Shown piece after piece: positions 45,814 through 55,827 of a stretch of 64,000 bases of DNA. The stretch covers positions 160,001 through 224,000 of IMG/VR virus record IMGVR_UViG_3300032307_000764. One strand, given 5' to 3'. Made by a program: the position numbers and the translations under genes. Under the pieces are notes generated by a model. The model saw only the letters and a program-made list of their open reading frames with translations, searched no databases and was not told where the DNA came from. Source of the DNA: a virus. Lineage: Duplodnaviria > Caudoviricetes. How positions within the stretch are numbered: position 1 is the first letter of the stretch; the number at the start of each line of letters is the position of its first letter.

Positions 45814-46152
45814 ATGGAAAAAAAATCAGCAGAAATTCTTAACGCTATTCCAACAGGGTTGGAATTGAAAGATTATTTTAACACATTAGACCCTTTCCAA
45901 AAAAGAGAGCTAATCAACGAACTAAAAGAAATTGCATCTTTCTGGGTTTCTAAATCTAAGAAAACTCTTCCTTTAGCAATTCTTTCTTACGTTGTTTCTT
46001 TTGTATGTTACTTTGGAACAGACCAATCTTGGGCTGGATGGTATCTTTTTGCCATCAACGTTCCTTTAACATTTATCCATATTCTCCACTACGTTAAAGC
46101 ATATCGATACACAATCGCTGCAAAGATTTTGGAGAAAGAATTATCTAAGTAA
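45814..46152 (+). CDS. Two-TM membrane protein
   Basis: Early-type promoter at 45758. Confidence 0.7.
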   Translation: MEKKSAEILNAIPTGLELKDYFNTLDPFQKRELINELKEIASFWVSKSKKTLPLAILSYVVSFVCYFGTDQSWAGWYLFAINVPLTFIHILHYVKAYRYTIAAKILEKELSK

Positions 46153-46176
46153 TAGTTCTTACCTGATATATAAAGA

Positions 46177-46776
46177 ATGAAACATTTATCTTTATATGAA
46201 AATTTTGATCCTGGTCAATTCGATTCCGAGGGGGATTTTGAGAATTTTTTAATATCCAGTGGAATCCCAGTAGAAGAATGGGGAAAAGGATCAGCAAAGA
46301 CCGTTAATCATTTGTATAGGGAAGTATTGGATAAGGAGTCTACATTTTCTTATATTGATAATAAATTAACAAGATCTATTGAGTTTGTTAGTGCTCAGAT
46401 CTTCTATGATAGTCCTAAGGGTGTTTTAAAACTAGTTGAAGAGAAACAGGTATTCAAGGACGGAAGAGTTAGATCTAGACATTTAGAAAGCTCTGTATCT
46501 GAGAAGATGAAAGCAGGAGAAGATCCAGGTGATAGTATCATAAGAGGAATAGAGGAAGAGCTTAAGATCTCGATTTCAAATGATCAGTTAAAAAAAGAAG
46601 GTGTTATAAACGAAACAGAGGAATCTAATTCCTATCCAGGTCTTACAACACATTACAAAGGTCATAAATATAAAATAGATCTAAGAACACATCAATATAG
46701 ACCAGAGGGATATGTTGAACACCAAAGAGATAAATCTACGTATTTTAAATGGGAAATATACGATTGGGATAGGTAG
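46177..46776 (+). CDS. Tag protein with degenerate Nudix box
   Basis: MKHLSLYENF; EKMKAGEDPGDSIIRGIEEELKI. Confidence 0.65.
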   Translation: MKHLSLYENFDPGQFDSEGDFENFLISSGIPVEEWGKGSAKTVNHLYREVLDKESTFSYIDNKLTRSIEFVSAQIFYDSPKGVLKLVEEKQVFKDGRVRSRHLESSVSEKMKAGEDPGDSIIRGIEEELKISISNDQLKKEGVINETEESNSYPGLTTHYKGHKYKIDLRTHQYRPEGYVEHQRDKSTYFKWEIYDWDR

Positions 46777-46834
46777 AAAGAAACTTTTAACGTAATCTGA
46801 TATAGGATAATACACACAATCTAAAAATCTGATT

Positions 46835-47014
46835 ATGGGAATTTTTAAAAATGTATTTCTAACTCTTGGATTTAATATCAATATAGATTTTAAAAATCTT
46901 GTCCAAGTAAGAAGAGCTAAGATGATTGAAGAGGGATATGACGTATCAGGGATTAACTGGGATTTATATGCTAGGGTTTTAGAGGCTAAGCGAGAAATGT
47001 TATCAAGGGAGTAA
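46835..47014 (+). CDS. 59-aa hypothetical protein
   Basis: Manual translation; followed by a terminator at ~47036. Confidence 0.5.
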   Translation: MGIFKNVFLTLGFNINIDFKNLVQVRRAKMIEEGYDVSGINWDLYARVLEAKREMLSRE

Positions 47015-47086
47015 CTGGGATAATTCAAAAAATTTAAAACCTGGGTCTCCGGGTTTTTTTGTGTTTAATATTTTATTGTTATAAAT

Positions 47087-47311
47087 ATGAGTAAAAAGCA
47101 AGAAAGATTCTTTGTTGATATCCAATCTGGATTTGCAGCAATAAGGGATAGAAATGAGATCGATCCAGAAAATCCAGAAAAGGAAATGGTGGTAGAAATA
47201 CTAGAAGGATCGTACATCAAAGAAAATAACAGCGTCAGATATGAGATAGACGAAAAATCTCTCAACGATCTTATAAAAAAGTGTAAGGCTCTAAATAAAA
47301 CAGAATCTTAA
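47087..47311 (+). CDS. Hypothetical protein
   Basis: 74 aa between two terminators. Confidence 0.65.
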   Translation: MSKKQERFFVDIQSGFAAIRDRNEIDPENPEKEMVVEILEGSYIKENNSVRYEIDEKSLNDLIKKCKALNKTES

Positions 47312-47419
47312 TATAATTTTTAAAACCCTAGAATTTTACAGTTCTAGGGTTTTTTGTGATATTAGATAGAAACTTAAGAGATTTTTATTGGTATAAAATT
47401 ATATTAGTAAAAAAGACCT

Positions 47420-48127
47420 ATGATCAATTTTAATTTTGACGAATTTATTGCTCCTTATAAGGATGCTATAATAAAAAATGGTGTATCCAGATACCATAAC
47501 TATGAGTATGTTATCAGAAAACTTGTATCCAAGAATAAACCGATTACCATAATAGAGACAGGTACTATGTGGAGCGGTATAGAAGATAACATGGGAGCTT
47601 TCACTCTAGTTTTCGCAGATCTTATTAAAAATTGGACTGGCGGTAAATTAATAACTATCGATATATCGGAAAAATCAATTAACAATTGTAAAGAAACAAC
47701 TAAGGAATATTCGGATGTTATAGATTATGTTCTTTCTGATTCAGTTACTTATCTAAAATCAATGAGTGACGATCAAGTTAAAGAAATAGATTACATCTAT
47801 TTTGATTCATATGATCTGTTTGTTCCTGATCCTGCACCTTCCCAATTACACCATTATCGTGAATTGGACGCAGTATATTACAGATTATCTAATGATGTTA
47901 TATTATCAGTCGATGATAATTTTATGCCTAAATCTTGGGTCGAGTGGCACACTTACGATAGAGCTACTGGAGAGATCACAGATCGTACAAGATATGATAT
48001 AGGTGATAGAATTTTAGGTAAAGGTACTCTTATCGATTTATTTCTCTTACAGGAGGGATGGAAAAGATATGACGATTTTTTACATGTTGACACTGTTCAT
48101 ATACTTACATATGAAAAGGCTATCTAA
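47420..48127 (+). CDS. Class I SAM methyltransferase (Methyltransf_24-like)
   Basis: IIETGT, ITIDIS, SDSVTYL, IYFDSYD. Confidence 0.75.
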   Translation: MINFNFDEFIAPYKDAIIKNGVSRYHNYEYVIRKLVSKNKPITIIETGTMWSGIEDNMGAFTLVFADLIKNWTGGKLITIDISEKSINNCKETTKEYSDVIDYVLSDSVTYLKSMSDDQVKEIDYIYFDSYDLFVPDPAPSQLHHYRELDAVYYRLSNDVILSVDDNFMPKSWVEWHTYDRATGEITDRTRYDIGDRILGKGTLIDLFLLQEGWKRYDDFLHVDTVHILTYEKAI

Positions 48128-48983
48128 GGAAGAAGTTTCTTCTATACTTACTGATTATTATAAAGATGTAAATTCTTATAAGGAATTTAGACATCCCTTT
48201 GAAGCGGATTCTATTTTTAATCTGGCAAACGGGCTAGGAGATTCTCTAATTCTTTCTCCTTTCATTAATGACAAAAAAATCAACAATAATTTATTAGCTG
48301 AATTAAATAATCATATTGCCTTTTGTGAATATGAAAGATTCACTAACGAGAAAGAATTGAATATAGCCGAGATCGCTAATTATAATTGGGGTGGCGGACA
48401 CTGTATACAACGAATACAAAGGGGTTTAGGCTTGCCTATTCAGGCTCGTCCATATCCTACATTAGAAAAAGATAGAAGTCCTTTTAAAGGCTATGTATTT
48501 GTTCATTTAATTACCAATACAGACTGGAAAAGAAATACTCCAAATAGTTTGGACATAGATGATCAGTATTTGATAAAAGATTTTTTTGAAAAAAATCCTA
48601 ATCTTACTCCTTACTATTTTAAAAACGATCTTCCGTTACCGCTTCTTTTTTACATTATGTCTAAGTGCGAGTATTTCTTAGGTATAGATAGTGGACCTAT
48701 GCACATGGCAGCAGGACTTGGATTAAAATCTATTATAGTTATAAACAATATAGGAAATAACATATACTTACCGAGAATTAAGGAATGTGATATACCTAAT
48801 TCTGAATGGCTATATCCTCAGAACGTTCACCTTAACACGAGAGGAGAAAATCCTTTGGTTTCTTCGTTCTCTTTGGAAAATTTATCAATGGCTTTTAATG
48901 GTGAGATTTACCCTTATTTTTCAGATGAATTTCTGCCAATATATTTTGAAAATAATCTAGATTATGTCGCAAGGAGTACATAA
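48111..48983 (+). CDS. Glycosyltransferase family 9-like protein
   Basis: NGLGDSL; FLGIDSGPMHMAAGLG. Confidence 0.8.
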   Translation: MKRLSKEEVSSILTDYYKDVNSYKEFRHPFEADSIFNLANGLGDSLILSPFINDKKINNNLLAELNNHIAFCEYERFTNEKELNIAEIANYNWGGGHCIQRIQRGLGLPIQARPYPTLEKDRSPFKGYVFVHLITNTDWKRNTPNSLDIDDQYLIKDFFEKNPNLTPYYFKNDLPLPLLFYIMSKCEYFLGIDSGPMHMAAGLGLKSIIVINNIGNNIYLPRIKECDIPNSEWLYPQNVHLNTRGENPLVSSFSLENLSMAFNGEIYPYFSDEFLPIYFENNLDYVARST

Positions 48984-49608
48984 AATAACTGCAGATTTTG
49001 AAAAAGCAGTAGGAGATTATACTGGAGCTCCTTATGTTATTGCACTAGATAACATGAGCAATGCAATTTTTTTAGCTTTGTATTACGAAAAAAACGTGAA
49101 AAAAAGCTTAGTATCGGGTAAGGTTGATTGTCCATCTAGAACCTACCCTTCAGTCCCTTGTGAAATTATTCACGCTGGATTGAACGTTAATTTTATAAAA
49201 TCCGAGGGACCTACGATTAAAGGAGCTTATCAATTGACACCAAGTAATGTTTGGGATTCAGCTTTAAGATTTACTGCTGATATGTATATCCCAGGATCTC
49301 ATATGTGTCTTTCATTTACCGGACCATATAAGACCTTAAAATTAAGTAAAGGCGGTGCAATCTTAACTGACGATTACCAGGCAATGCTTTGGTTTAAAAG
49401 AGCAAGGTTTAGTGGAAGGCGAGAGTGTTCGTATCATGATGATTATTTCGATATGCTAGGGTGGAATTTTTATATGATGCCGGAGCTTGCAGCCAGAGGA
49501 TTACTAATGATGTCACAGTTTTATGATTTGAACGGTAACAAAAAAAATATAGAAGATTTGGAATTGCCTTATCCTGATTTATCTAAATATGAAATTTATA
49601 CTACATAA
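48964..49608 (+). CDS. Short DegT/DnrJ/EryC1/StrS PLP aminotransferase
   Basis: FEKAVGDYTGAPYVIA, WDSA, LSFTGPYKTLKLSKGGAILTDD, GWNFYM. Confidence 0.8.
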   Translation: MSQGVHKITADFEKAVGDYTGAPYVIALDNMSNAIFLALYYEKNVKKSLVSGKVDCPSRTYPSVPCEIIHAGLNVNFIKSEGPTIKGAYQLTPSNVWDSALRFTADMYIPGSHMCLSFTGPYKTLKLSKGGAILTDDYQAMLWFKRARFSGRRECSYHDDYFDMLGWNFYMMPELAARGLLMMSQFYDLNGNKKNIEDLELPYPDLSKYEIYTT

Positions 49609-50164
49609 TATGTTTTATTCAAAAGATGATCTTGATAAAATAGGTTTTAAATCTATAGGTACAAACGTTTTAATATCAAATAAAGCATCAATTTATAATG
49701 CTCAGGAAATTTCTATAGGTAATAATGTAAGAATTGACGATTATTGTGTAATAAGTGCGGGTAAAAATATTGTTATAGGAAACAATGTTCATATAGCATG
49801 TTACTCTTCCTTAATAGGTAAATCTGAGATATTTATGGATGATTTTTCTGGATTATCATCGAGAGTTTCAATATACTCATCAAGTGATGATTATTCCGGT
49901 GAGTTTTTAACAAATCCAACTGTCGATCCTGAATTTACTGGAATAATATCTAAGCCTGTATATTTAGGAAAGCATGTTATAATCGGGGCAGGATCTGTAA
50001 TTTTACCCGGGGTTACACTTCAAAACGGTGTTGCGGTTGGTTCATTAAGTTTGGTGACTAAAAGTTTTGGAGAATATAAAATAATTGGAGGATCACCTGC
50101 TAAATTTATTAAAGAAAGAAAAAGAAAAATAGAGGAACTTGAATGCTTGTATCTGAAAAAATAA
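49589..50164 (+). CDS. Hexapeptide-repeat sugar O/N-acyltransferase
   Basis: ISIGNNVRIDDYCVIS; VIIGAGSVILPGVTL; GGSPAKFIKER. Confidence 0.85.
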   Translation: MKFILHNMFYSKDDLDKIGFKSIGTNVLISNKASIYNAQEISIGNNVRIDDYCVISAGKNIVIGNNVHIACYSSLIGKSEIFMDDFSGLSSRVSIYSSSDDYSGEFLTNPTVDPEFTGIISKPVYLGKHVIIGAGSVILPGVTLQNGVAVGSLSLVTKSFGEYKIIGGSPAKFIKERKRKIEELECLYLKK

Positions 50165-50514
50165 AGATTACTAAAGAAATGGTGATTAATTTTTCTGAAT
50201 TGGTCGGGGATAAAAATCCTTTGCATTTAGATACTGAATATTGTGCTAACACTAAATTTGAAAAACCTATAGTTCCTGGTATGTTTCTATCATCCTTTTT
50301 TTCTAAATTGATTTCGGAAAAATATCCTGGACCAGGTAGCATATATCTGAGTCAAAATTTATCCTTTATTTCTCCTTGTTTTATTAACGATACGGTAAAT
50401 GTTGTTATTGAATTGAAAGAAAAAATAAATAACAAGTATTATCTTAAAACAATAATATATGACTTGGATGGTAATAAAATAATTGAAGGTGATGCTTTAA
50501 TTTTAAAAAAATGA
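50143..50514 (+). CDS. MaoC-family (R)-specific enoyl-CoA hydratase/dehydratase
   Basis: FSELVGDKNPLHLD...IVPGM...PGPGSIYLSQNLSF. Confidence 0.85.
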   Translation: MLVSEKIKITKEMVINFSELVGDKNPLHLDTEYCANTKFEKPIVPGMFLSSFFSKLISEKYPGPGSIYLSQNLSFISPCFINDTVNVVIELKEKINNKYYLKTIIYDLDGNKIIEGDALILKK

Positions 50515-51509
50515 AAGATTTAATAATAATTGGTACATACTGCCCGGATAAGGAAAGAAAAAAACTTCTTAATGCGTGCATAGATTCTCTTTTACCTTCG
50601 AAAAAAGATTTCGATCTTTTAATTGTTAGCCATACTATAATTCCTGATTATATTTCAGAAAAGGCTGATTTCGTATTTTACGATAAGAATAATGATTTGA
50701 TTACGGATTTAAAGTATCTTAATAGGCCTTGGTTCATGCTATCTGATAATATGGCAATTTTATCTACATATATTGGATCTCATAGCACTTATTTGGCTGT
50801 ATACAGATTACTTATTGCTGGGTTAGGATTTGCAAAGATGTTCCAATACGAAAAAGCACATTATTTAGAATATGATTCAATTATGAACGACTTATCTGAA
50901 TTATATGATAATTCAAAATTATTGGACAAATATGACGGAGTAGGATTTCAAAAAGATAAAACAGATTTTGAAAATCATCTCCCTTGGCCTATTGGTAATT
51001 TTCTTTCTTTTAAAGTTAAATCAGTCGATGAAATTTTTACTAATTATAACAAAGAAAAATTGTTAGAGATATTATTAGAAAGCCCTTTTAAAACAAACGA
51101 GAAAATTACCAATGATGTGATGCTAATGAATGGTAATACCATGTATATTAAGGATTATAGCCAGATTAAGAGTAAGGATATAAAATTTGGATTGTCCGAT
51201 AATACTTCAAAAGAAAAAATGAATTATTGGGCAGTTCCTTTTTATAATCCTGAAGAAGATAAAGTTTTTGCCGTTGTTTGGAATAATAAGGATGACGAAC
51301 CGATAAACGTTAATTTTATTATCAACGGAACAAGGATGATTAATTTTAATCAGATACAAAAATTTGACTGGAGAACTGAGGAGATTGGTGACATTAATGA
51401 TATAAATTCTATTTTAGTTTTAGTTAACAATAATATTAAAACTACCATTATTCTAAATAATGAAAATAGGGATTTATTCAAAAAAACTAATCATTCGGTA
51501 CGTACTTGA
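50511..51509 (+). CDS. Glycan-operon protein (possible glycosyltransferase)
   Basis: Translationally coupled inside the operon; YLEYDS DxD-like motif. Confidence 0.55.
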   Translation: MKDLIIIGTYCPDKERKKLLNACIDSLLPSKKDFDLLIVSHTIIPDYISEKADFVFYDKNNDLITDLKYLNRPWFMLSDNMAILSTYIGSHSTYLAVYRLLIAGLGFAKMFQYEKAHYLEYDSIMNDLSELYDNSKLLDKYDGVGFQKDKTDFENHLPWPIGNFLSFKVKSVDEIFTNYNKEKLLEILLESPFKTNEKITNDVMLMNGNTMYIKDYSQIKSKDIKFGLSDNTSKEKMNYWAVPFYNPEEDKVFAVVWNNKDDEPINVNFIINGTRMINFNQIQKFDWRTEEIGDINDINSILVLVNNNIKTTIILNNENRDLFKKTNHSVRT

Positions 51510-52069
51510 TTTTAAAAAATATGATAGAGAATATACATTTATGGAATGCAGATAGAGGAACTTATTTTGATAGAAATGTCAATATAATTTCTTGGAGCGA
51601 TGAATATAGGATCAATGTTGGAAAGTATTGTTCGATAGGTAGAGATTGTAATTTCTTTCTACATGCTAATCATAGATCTGATTGGATTACAACAAGTTCA
51701 CAGCTGTTAGGACCGGTTACTAACGAGATTGCAGAAATGCACATGGGAATGGGTCATCCGTCTTGTAAGGGAGATATAACAATTGGAAGTGATGTTTGGA
51801 TTGGTGCAAAAGCAACAATAATGTCAGGTATTAAAATCGGACACGGAGCGATTGTTGCCGCAGGTTCTTTAGTTACAAAGGATGTTGAGCCATATTCTGT
51901 TGTAGGAGGAAACCCAGCAAAACATTTAAAGTATAGATTTAGTGATCAACAAATCATTGACCTATTAGATATAGCTTGGTGGAATTGGGACGAATCGAAG
52001 ATAAAAGAAAATGCGATGCTGATGTGGAGCAAGGACATAAATTATTTTATTAAAAAATATAAAGGATGA
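51506..52069 (+). CDS. CatB/Vat-like hexapeptide O-acetyltransferase
   Basis: VGKYCSIG; KGDITIGSDVWIG; GGNPAKHLKYRF. Confidence 0.85.
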   Translation: MILKNMIENIHLWNADRGTYFDRNVNIISWSDEYRINVGKYCSIGRDCNFFLHANHRSDWITTSSQLLGPVTNEIAEMHMGMGHPSCKGDITIGSDVWIGAKATIMSGIKIGHGAIVAAGSLVTKDVEPYSVVGGNPAKHLKYRFSDQQIIDLLDIAWWNWDESKIKENAMLMWSKDINYFIKKYKG

Positions 52070-52908
52070 TTACCGTAATATACAACGAAGAAGGGATTAG
52101 AGTTAATGCAGACGAAATTAGCAAATACAATAAAAATACTCCCCTAAGATTAAAAATAAAAAAACATGTAAGCGGTGAGGAGCAATGGGCAACGGATCTA
52201 AATGACAATTGGTTTGCTACTTTCCCGAACACTGAAATGTTTGATGTTGAGATATTCGATAGTAAAGATATGCTAATCTACAAAAAAGAATGGGACATTA
52301 TGGAACACGGAAACCATTTCTATAAATCGATGTTTATATTTAACAAGGGAATACTATCATCTGGTAAATTCCCAAGGGGTCTGGTTATAGGAACTCACGA
52401 CGGTGAATTTGGCGAATGGGTACCAATTGTAGAAAAAAGAGAGTGTGAGGTCGTATTGGTTGAAGCTTCAGAAAAACAATTTAATAGACTAAAGAATAAT
52501 TATAGAGATAATTCATTGGTTAAAACAGTTCAGCAATTAGTAACAACTAACGGTGATGATGTTGAATTTTTTGAGGGAGGAGCGGGTTATACTAATACAA
52601 TAGTAGAAAATGTTATAAGAAATTGGGAAACTGAAGAGATTAGTTCATCAAAAAGAAAATCAATTAGTATTACTGATTTAATTATAAATGAATGTAATGG
52701 ACACATAGATTGGTTACATCTAGATGTTGAAGGATTGGACGCCGAGTTAATTATGAGTATAGACGAATCTAAAATTAAATTGCCGAATCTTATCATATTT
52801 GAGGATTATAATTTACCACAGGATAAAAAAGATGAAATTTATAATTGGTTTCATGATAGAGGATATCAAACTTATTCTAATGGAGGAATTTGTGAAGCAA
52901 TTAAATAG
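52066..52908 (+). CDS. FkbM-like methyltransferase with N-terminal extension
   Basis: VIGTHDG, VLVEAS, LHLDVEGLDAELI, IIFE. Confidence 0.75.
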   Translation: MITVIYNEEGIRVNADEISKYNKNTPLRLKIKKHVSGEEQWATDLNDNWFATFPNTEMFDVEIFDSKDMLIYKKEWDIMEHGNHFYKSMFIFNKGILSSGKFPRGLVIGTHDGEFGEWVPIVEKRECEVVLVEASEKQFNRLKNNYRDNSLVKTVQQLVTTNGDDVEFFEGGAGYTNTIVENVIRNWETEEISSSKRKSISITDLIINECNGHIDWLHLDVEGLDAELIMSIDESKIKLPNLIIFEDYNLPQDKKDEIYNWFHDRGYQTYSNGGICEAIK

Positions 52909-52957
52909 GATTTTTTAATATTATTTTCTGATATATAATCCTACAATATCATTTCAT

Positions 52958-53143
52958 ATGGGACAGTACGAAGATACATTTTATGAGATTTACGAACAAG
53001 TCGAGGAAAAAGGACTTAGGGATCAATTTTATAAACAGCTGGACAAAATGAAACATCAAGATAAACATAAGTATAAAAGTGTAAAGGATCTTTGGGAATA
53101 TGCCTATAGAAGGATAACCGGTCAAATCTCAACTCCTGTTTAA
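52958..53143 (+). CDS. Small hypothetical protein
   Basis: GATATATA at 52930. Confidence 0.7.
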   Translation: MGQYEDTFYEIYEQVEEKGLRDQFYKQLDKMKHQDKHKYKSVKDLWEYAYRRITGQISTPV

Positions 53144-53155
53144 TCTACTTTTATT

Positions 53156-53572
53156 ATGACAACATTTTTTTATCTAATGGCTATATTTTACTTCTTTAGC
53201 CGCTTTTCTAAAATTTTAGATCCTTCTAGAGATATAAAGGAAATGTCTAGATTTTCTGATAAGGAATTTTTCGATAATGCTGATTCTAAAGGAAAGAGCG
53301 AAGGATGTGCTTGGGCTCTTAAAAATTTCATATTTTCTATATGGTGTATTATTGGAATAGCTTTCTCGAATGTGTGGGGAGCTTTTGCATTATTAATGAT
53401 GGTAGGTGTTGTTTCTGGCTTGTTTAAGAAGATATTAGGCAAAGATCGGGAGAAAACATTAGAAATAGTTTTAAAGGTCGTACAGCACTCTATTTCAGCC
53501 ATTATATTGCTTTACATTTTCTTTTCTTACTTCCACCCTGAAGCATCACAGTATATGAAATCCCTTATATAG
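53156..53572 (+). CDS. Membrane protein, paralog of 18710
   Basis: Four hydrophobic segments. Confidence 0.7.
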   Translation: MTTFFYLMAIFYFFSRFSKILDPSRDIKEMSRFSDKEFFDNADSKGKSEGCAWALKNFIFSIWCIIGIAFSNVWGAFALLMMVGVVSGLFKKILGKDREKTLEIVLKVVQHSISAIILLYIFFSYFHPEASQYMKSLI

Positions 53573-53629
53573 GTATCAATAAAAAAGTCCAAGTAAACCT
53601 GGACTTTTTTATTATGTGTTTAATTGGTT

Positions 53630-54226
53630 TCAGAAGTAGGTGTTCTCGAAATAAAGAACGTCCAATCTATTGTTAACATCTACTAATTCTAAGGCATTTA
53701 AGAAATCAGAATATTCTTCTACCTCTCCGTTTTGTATGTCAACATATTTTTGGATGAAATTAAAAGTTGCAGGATCCATAGAATCTAATTCTTTTTGATC
53801 CTCTGAATATTTCATTAACAAATTATATTCAAGATCGTAAGCCTTATTTATAATGTCAACAAGATTTTCAAATTTTTGTGATGTTGGAACCTGTGGTATT
53901 GCTGGCATTAAGTTCCATTGTGTTAAATAGTCTTGTATTCCTTGTGCATGTCCTAGTTCTCCTTCGGCTTCAGAATTAAAGAATGCTGCTGCTTTTTTGT
54001 AATTTGTGTTTTTACACCAATTAGCTGCATTTCTGTAGAAATAATAAGCTGTGTATTCGTCTCCAAGTCTTTCGTTAAGTATAGACTCAACATCAGATGA
54101 AAGAGTTTTAGGCTTAATCATTGGAGATTTTAAATCCATTACTGGTTGAGTTTCAGCAGGTAAATTTGGTGTCATCTCGTTTTGTTCTTTTAAAGATTTG
54201 CCTCTGAACTTATCAAATGTTTCCAT
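53630..54226 (-). CDS. Ferritin with N-terminal tag extension
   Basis: LNERLGDEY..Y, EAEGELGH, YVDIQNGEVEE ferroxidase pattern; METFDKF..SLKE start; GATATATA at 54248. Confidence 0.85.
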   Translation of the reverse strand: METFDKFRGKSLKEQNEMTPNLPAETQPVMDLKSPMIKPKTLSSDVESILNERLGDEYTAYYFYRNAANWCKNTNYKKAAAFFNSEAEGELGHAQGIQDYLTQWNLMPAIPQVPTSQKFENLVDIINKAYDLEYNLLMKYSEDQKELDSMDPATFNFIQKYVDIQNGEVEEYSDFLNALELVDVNNRLDVLYFENTYF

Positions 54227-54301
54227 GCAAATTGTTTTTATATCTTCTATATATCTGGAAATCGTTTTTTTATTTTATTCGTTTTTTCTACCTTTGTATC
54301 T

Positions 54302-54673
54302 ATGCTAAAAACAAAAGTTCGGTTTAATCTATCAAGGGGAAATAACTACAAAAAATGGAAGATAACATACCCAGGTGGAAATATAGAATATCTAGATCCG
54401 AACGAAGTAACTTTAGTTATGAATAGGTGTAAGCTTAGAAATAACAAAAAGACAGCGGAGAGAATATTCAACGGAGAAGCTAAATCTGTTTGTGCATGGA
54501 TATTGTGTGAATACGTAGTTATTACTGGAAGGTCAAAAGATACTTTAGAAGAACAACAAAGACTTAGATACAATCCTAGAGTAAAACCGAATTGGGATTT
54601 TAAAGATATTAACGTTGATGGAAAAGATTTCAAAATTATAGAGAGCAGAGGTAATAGTCTCTATGTTATTTAA
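54302..54673 (+). CDS. Hypothetical protein
   Basis: 123 aa; TACCTTTG promoter. Confidence 0.7.
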   Translation: MLKTKVRFNLSRGNNYKKWKITYPGGNIEYLDPNEVTLVMNRCKLRNNKKTAERIFNGEAKSVCAWILCEYVVITGRSKDTLEEQQRLRYNPRVKPNWDFKDINVDGKDFKIIESRGNSLYVI

Positions 54674-54717
54674 GGAAATCATTTTTTTATTATTTGAGAA
54701 ATTTCTAAATTTGTGAT

Positions 54718-54927
54718 ATGGAATTAAACGCTAAACAGAAAAGAGCAATCGAAGAGCATTACGATTCGATGGATCCTCGAAACATTGAATTTGAAGATGC
54801 AGTAGAGTTAGTAACAGATCATTTGATCGACGAGAATCTTGTAGATCTTTCTGAAGACGAAGATGGAGATATGCACGAAGATCTTTACAATTCAGTTTGG
54901 GAACATTTAGAATTTTATGTGGGATGA
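54718..54927 (+). CDS. Small acidic protein
   Basis: Early-type promoter at ~54677. Confidence 0.7.
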   Translation: MELNAKQKRAIEEHYDSMDPRNIEFEDAVELVTDHLIDENLVDLSEDEDGDMHEDLYNSVWEHLEFYVG

Positions 54928-55235
54928 TGGAAAAAGAAAAATTAATCAATTATTTGAAAACTGAGGGTTACTACGAAATAAGAGAGATCCCAGGAAAAGG
55001 AATCTGTGGATTGAATCAATTTGCATTCACTACTGGATTAATGATAGGAATGACAGAGATAGGATATTACGGAAGATATTGTTATTCCTTAGAATCTGAA
55101 GCTCTTGAAGCATTGAATACATGGAACGGTGAAGGAGATCCTCCAGGACCGTGGATTAAATATAAAGGATCACCTTACGAAAGAAGTAATCCTTTAATGG
55201 AGAACGGATGTTTAAATTGTAAAGCAAATGGATAA
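54924..55235 (+). CDS. Conserved phage hypothetical protein
   Basis: GRYCY...ALEALNTWNGEGDPPGPWIKYKG. Confidence 0.7.
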   Translation: MMEKEKLINYLKTEGYYEIREIPGKGICGLNQFAFTTGLMIGMTEIGYYGRYCYSLESEALEALNTWNGEGDPPGPWIKYKGSPYERSNPLMENGCLNCKANG

Positions 55236-55827
55236 TATACTTATACCAGAGGATCTAAAGGCTATAATTTCTAAGGATAGTGACATATTCGAATACCTTA
55301 GATCCCCTAGGCATTCCATAGTCGAGAATTGGGAGAAGAGAGAAGATTTTAGAAGCGGTACATCATGGCACATACCGACTAAAGAACTTGTAGCTTCCAT
55401 GGTTGAATATTCACCTCTGGTTTCTGTAGGATCTGGATTTGCTTATACTGAAAGCTTAGCTATTAAAGAAGGAGCAGACATTATAGCTACTGACTTATCA
55501 CCAGATTCAAATAACCATTGGTGTAGGGACGGAAAATTCTATTGTGATGTTGAAAAATTAAAAGCTGACGAAGCTGTTAAAAAATATAAAGACCGTAACG
55601 TTTTTATGGCTTGGCCTCCTTATGATAATCCTATGGCAGCAGAAGTTGTCGAAGCTATGGAGGTAGGAAAATATCTAGTATTTGTTGGAGAGTATCATGG
55701 AGGATGTACTGGAGATGACAATTTCTTTGAGATCCTTTATGCTAATTTCGAAGAGGTTTCTGATCTATCAATACCAAACTGGCCGGGTATCAGAGATTCA
55801 TGTATAATCTATAAAAAAATAAAATAA
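55228..55827 (+). CDS. Class I SAM-methyltransferase-like protein
   Basis: VSVGSGFAY; FMAWPPYDNPM; FVGEYHGGCTGDD. Confidence 0.7.
   Translation: MDNILIPEDLKAIISKDSDIFEYLRSPRHSIVENWEKREDFRSGTSWHIPTKELVASMVEYSPLVSVGSGFAYTESLAIKEGADIIATDLSPDSNNHWCRDGKFYCDVEKLKADEAVKKYKDRNVFMAWPPYDNPMAAEVVEAMEVGKYLVFVGEYHGGCTGDDNFFEILYANFEEVSDLSIPNWPGIRDSCIIYKKIK

Noticed and set aside
51506-52069. Antibiotic-resistance gene (catB/vat)
   Set aside because: It is embedded and translationally coupled in a glycan operon; sugar O-acetyltransferase is more parsimonious.
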